In this document: piece by piece, positions 58,366 through 64,000 of the stretch | How positions within the stretch are numbered: the stretch's first letter is position 1 | Layout: each line of letters begins with the position of its first letter | Source of the DNA: the human T2T-CHM13v2.0 reference genome, Homo sapiens | Reading direction: 5' to 3' (one strand) | DNA: 64,000 nucleotides | Assembly (NCBI RefSeq): GCF_009914755.1 | Contig: NC_060926.1 | Made by a program: the position numbers and the translations under genes | The notes under the pieces: model-generated | Seen by the model: the letters and a program-made list of their open reading frames with translations, nothing else | The model's database searches: none | Told to the model about the DNA's origin: nothing

Positions 58366-59793
58366 TTCATTTTGTTTATGCACATGTTAGTAAAACATGT
58401 CGGGGGCATTTCTATGCACATGAAGAGCACATATTATGTATCCACTCAGGTCAGTCAATGCCTCCTTACAGCCTTGCCCAGAGCTTAGAGCTTGGTAATT
58501 GCACCAGAAAGGATTGTTGCAAATGTGAATTGTGACTTTATACTTAGTACCTTTTATGTTTCATGGTTTTTTTTTATATTAGAAAGGTTTAAATCAGGAA
58601 CAAAGATTTATAGTTTTGTTAGATTTGTAAGATTAAGCATCTCAGTACTTCACACAAGGGTAAAAGCAAGTGCATGGCAGGGGCAGTTAACATTTAGGAT
58701 CACCCTGAATTGTGACTTTTACTTTAACAGGGTGATTCTGTCAGGGGGTATATTGCTTCACCTAGCATCCTTTCATGAAATCATAAAACTAAACATTCAC
58801 TGCATCTGCCCCTTTTGGAATAAGATGCTATTGACATATGCAAATGTATTTTATTAATCAACATTGAAGATTATTCACATAGTGAAAAGAAGAGGATTCC
58901 ACAATCTAGCAAAATTACCTCTTTTAATAGAATATGGTATATTTCTTTTTATGAAGTATCTGAATACAAGCCCAATAGTATGGAATGTTGAATGAATTAA
59001 TCCGTAATATTAGAGCCATTTCAATATTACATTGAGGGGTTCTGCATCCACTTTTTGAAAAAAAAATTTGGTAAAGGTATTTTATTAAGAGATCAAAATA
59101 TATAATCTCAAAATTTTTGATTAGGTTTTATACTATGACATATTATGAAAATGAATTCATTCTTCCATTTATTTTGCTATTATTCATCTTAGATGATACC
59201 TCTATAGGTTTCTTCAGCAATAGGAACCTTACCTTAAAGTAGAATGAAAGTTAGAATCACAACTCCCTCCCCGAAAAGAATCAGTGATGCATTACCAATA
59301 TGATTGTACTTATAAAAACCACTTGAGTAATTTGCATTTAATTCAAGATTTCCTCAAGAAAATTGCCTATGATTTACTAATCTAACTCTGGGTTAGCAAG
59401 GAAATTAGCATCTCTGAAGCCACAGAATAGCAGAGATAAGTTAAATTTAGTGGTTAATTGTGAGGGTAGTTAACAGAAATCTAAGCAGGGCTTTCCCCAG
59501 TGAACGATGTTGAGCTTCCCCTGAATGCAACTGGAAGTGCTTTGTCCGCTGTGATCTGGCTAATGAATTAAGTAATTTAAACAGGAAAGGATTAAATGGG
59601 TACTGATGATCAATGCGCAAGCTAAAGTGTTGATTTGTCTGCTTTCAGTGTTTATCCTAAACCTAAATACAAGAAACTCGTAAGCCAATAAATGATGTGT
59701 AGTGAAATGTTTTAGTATAACCTGAAAATATATTAGATAATAAATGATGATGAAGTCAGGTTCTGTGCATTGAGGATAACATCCCTGGATTGA

Positions 59794-60151
<358 letters not shown>

Positions 60152-60213
60152 TATCTTAGTAAATTAGATACTAAGTCAGGTTAGTAGTTAACTATGCAAC
60201 ATAAATCCTTACT

Positions 60214-60365
60214 GACAGATAGATAAATAGATAGATAAACACACACGTATATATGTATGTGTGTATATATGTATGTTTGTACACATATAAAGAGAAAGAG
60301 AGAGAGACAGATACAGAGATAGGAACAGATGGATAGAAAAAGAGAGAAAAAGAACGAGAGGGAAA
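60214..60365. repeat. Compound low-complexity repeat (GATA/CA/TA/GA)
   Basis: Seen directly in the sequence. Confidence 0.75.
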
Positions 60366-61673
60366 GGTCAGAGACAAATCTTACATTTGAAATGGAGTAC
60401 ATTGATTCCATTAATAAAATCTCAAGGGTGAAATGAATACAACCTAGCTTCTTGCTAACCTTGACTTGGTCCTAAGTAAATGCTTCAGAATCAAGCTATC
60501 TTTACTGTGAATTAAGACAAAAATGCACTGAAATCAACTAACTTTGGGAAGCTGGAATTCTCATCATAACTACAATCAATAACTTAGACAAATATAAATA
60601 AACTTGGATATTTAATCCTTGAGATAGTCCCCACTTTGATTAATCCAGTGCTAAATATATTTTGTCATCAAATTACTCTTACTTTGAAAACTACTTCTGT
60701 TTAATCTCAGCCCCGCACAACAATATCTCTGATTCCATGGTTTATAGTTTATAATGTTTATTTTCAGGTTGATGAATTTATAATATTCTTAGAGGCCTAC
60801 AGAAAATCATGAAAAATGTGTATATCCATGTATGGAATATAATATAAATGGAAAAAGTCCATTCACTCTGTAATTTTTAGAAGATGCTAGTCATTACTGC
60901 ATATTACATATATTACATAATAACAGGCTGTCAACAGTCATAAGTCTTTCCAAAGAAACAGCAGGGAAAGATACATATTTTTAAACAAAATATGCATTCT
61001 ATCATTGTTATGTACAGAGTATCATGCATCCAAATGGACTATATATTATAATCTGTAAGCAAGCATACCATTGTTATAACTCTGGGACATATTTTTTTTT
61101 CTTCTTAAAATGAACTTTGTTGAAGTTTACTTTGTATATAGTAAAATCCTAAGTATACAATAGAGTTCAGTGAGTTGTATACACTTGTGTAAGTAGCAGC
61201 CCAGTCATAACACAGAATATTTCTCCTACCCTAATCAGTATAAAAAACATTCCTCACAAAAAAGTCTCCTTTTCTAGTTGCCACCACTGTTGCCCTAGAC
61301 CCTGGTCTTGGTTCAAAATCACAGCTATTCCCCATTTTAAGCTTGTCCTACACCCTGTATGAATAAACATGTTACGTACTGAGGGACAGAGACATGAGAA
61401 AGAATTTTGAAAATTCTACATGGCTGTACATGTAGCTATTATGTAATGTTATATTTTTGCCTTTTTCATGAGAAGAATATCAAGTGATGCAGCTGAAGAG
61501 TCATAAAAACAGCACAGGCATTGGTGCAAAACAGATCTGCTTTTACATTCCAGATTACCTACTTTCTTGATGCATAGTGTTCAGTTCAAGGTACATAATA
61601 TTTGTGAACCCTAGTTCCCTCCTCTGTTAAGCGGAAACAACACCCACTTATAGAGTATAGAAAAGAGAAAGTG

Positions 61674-62071
<398 letters not shown>

Positions 62072-62744
62072 TTAAAGGCCACTTCTGGTTCATCTCAGTT
62101 CTTTACAATACCTCTGACTCCATGGGTGATGGTTTACAATATGTATTTTTAGGATGTGGAATTGAATTTATAACATTTATAGGTTATTGAAGAAATTAAT
62201 GAAAAGTATGTATATAGTTTATGTATAGAATAAAAGGTAATTGCAAAAGAAATCCTTCCTCTGTGTATTTTTGAGAAGATGATAGTCATTATTGCATCTG
62301 TCTAATCTAAGACCTACTCATTCTCCCTCAACTCATGCCATGCTGCTGAAAATGTTGGTGTTGGATTATTCTGCTCCCATCTAATCCATGTAGTTGACTG
62401 TTTTTCTTTATGAGGATGTCCAAAATAGCAGCAAGTCTAACTATGTGCTTTCAACAAGGAAAGGTATTATCATCTTTACCTAAAATGATTATTGACATAA
62501 TACAAATATGATTGAACCACACAAAAATTAGATCCCCACTGAAGATTTGGTAGACTGTTCATTATTTGTCTTTTCTGTGGAGTCATCTTGGGTCCAACAT
62601 CTACCTGAATTTAATGTTGGATTATACCTTCAGGAAAGAATATGCGAGAGTGCTGCTTTGCTGATGAGGCGATATCCATATCTATTGGGTCAGTTTTATA
62701 GTTTCTGCAGATCAGGAAAGCTGCCAAGTAAAATAGTATAGAGA

Positions 62745-63385
62745 TGTGTGTTAATCCAGGCTGTCCAATAGGCAGACTCCAAAACAAGATTAAAGGCAAT
62801 GCATTAGAGAAAACGACTGTGAGAGAAAATACAGTGGTGCTGGGAGAGCCAGTTTGCCATGATGCAGGTCTGACCTGGACTGAAGGAGACAAGGAAGGGA
62901 GGAAGGGAGGAATGGAGGAAAGCAGGAAGGGAGAAAGGGAGGAAGGGAGGGAGAGAGGTAGGGAGAAAAGGAGGGAGGGAGGGAGGAGCAAATATTTTAG
63001 AATGCAGTCCTAAGAGGAATTCAGGAAGGCCATTGGAGGATCGTTGAGCCTGTCCCAATTTGCCTGTCCCACATTTCCCAAGAAGGGGCCTGCTTTGTAT
63101 CTCTGCTGCAGTCATCACAGGCTGGGAGCAACCCACAAGAAGCATGGACCAAGTGGTCATTTTCAGACTTTAATAAGAGAAGATGATATGCTTTAATATG
63201 CATAGAAATCACTCAGGGTTTTTGTTCAAATGCACATTCTGATTCAGTGGCTCTGGGGAGGGACATGAGCTTCTGTGGCTCCAAGTTCCAGGAGCTGCTT
63301 ATGGCACTGGCCCCTGGACCACAGGTTGGGTCACAATGGTAGGAACACTTAGCTATTGGTCAGTCCATCCACATTTGTGGATTCA
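62745..63385 (-). mobile_element. LTR33-like ERVL LTR with an expanded (GGAA/GGGA)n tract, interrupted by a MER5A-like MITE (about 63150-63345)
   Basis: TGTGAGAGAAAAT..GCTGGGAGAGCC..GATGCAGGTCTGACC..GAAGGAGA matches LTR33; purine tract at 62885-62987; ATTCTGATTCAGTGGCTCTGGGG..GGACCACAG is MER5A-like. Confidence 0.65.
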
Positions 63386-63594
63386 TTGCTGTTCCATTCA
63401 CTGGCAACCTGGGAAGCCCAGTTCCGCAGAGCTTTTGTACCAGCCCAACTCATAGGCCACTGTCTAGTCTATAGATGACTGCTCTGTGCCACGTGATCAT
63501 GCCTGGACCAACATTCTGCGAACGGAGTCCTGGGATAAAGTTGTACAGAGTGGCAACTTTGCATAATAGTCAGTGTTTTAAAATAAAGTAGATT

Positions 63595-64000
63595 AATGGA
63601 AAACTAGAGGTATATATAGCAAGGCCAACAGATGAGAAGGTGACTGCCATTGAAAAGACAGTTGGTATACTCACAGTTCCCAAGAGGAGGGGCACTCCAT
63701 GTAGTGGGGCCCACATTGGATAGCACCAGGGCTGTCAGGAAGCAGAGGGAGTGCAGGGACTGTGATAAGAGCTTCTATCATGGTTTTCCAGGGAAGAAAT
63801 GGATAAGGCAGGGTAAGCAGGCTTAAGATTGGCTAGTTATAATAACTGGCATAGTGGCCAGCTTTAATTATCTGGTACCTGGCTTAGGGGTGATTAGGAC
63901 AGAAGGATAGTGATCCTGTGTGTAGGAGCTTGTAAAGGAGGTAGTTGAGGTGTGGACTCTGGATTGGTCTGTTTGTGTTTGAAAAGCACATCCCTGGGGA
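63595..64000 (-). mobile_element. MER74-like ERVL LTR (runs off the window end)
   Basis: ACTGCCATTGAAAAGACAG..ACTCACAGTTCCCAAGAGGAGGGG, AGGCAGGGTAAGCAGGCTTAAGATTGGCTAG, TCTGGTACCTGGC..GGGGTGATTAGG. Confidence 0.75.

Noticed and set aside
62611-63160. Low-complexity Pro/Ser/Leu- and Glu/Gly/Arg-rich ORFs
   Set aside because: They derive from the (GGAA/GGGA)n tract inside an LTR33-like element.

Overview
AT-rich, repeat-dense primate DNA, almost certainly human because it carries near-perfect AluYb9- and AluYc1-type elements. It contains one convincing protein-coding exon (8815-8993, + strand). The ORF track misses it because it is a spliced, phase-1 exon. It encodes part of a thrombospondin type-1 repeat that I recognise from memory as THSD7B. 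The rest appears to be intron: about 8.8 kb upstream and at least 55 kb downstream, with no further exon found. The introns are packed with transposon fossils: about 12 Alus, several L1s, a full-length Hsmar2 mariner with both TIRs, Charlie1/MER30/MER58/MER44 DNA transposons, ERV1/ERVL/MaLR solo LTRs, L2/MIR fragments and microsatellites. The most notable structures are: (1) a twin-primed, 5'-inverted L1PA3-type insertion lacking the whole RT region and carrying a young AluYb9, leaving an open endonuclease-only ORF in host-gene sense; (2) inverted Alu and L1 pairs bracketing the exon; (3) a weak donor followed directly by UGCAUG, AAUAAA and an in-frame stop; (4) a candidate poison exon in a GC-richer island near 56.5 kb. 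I found no evidence for a wholly new biological system. Old-repeat subfamily names and boundaries are by-eye matches to remembered consensus sequences and are approximate.
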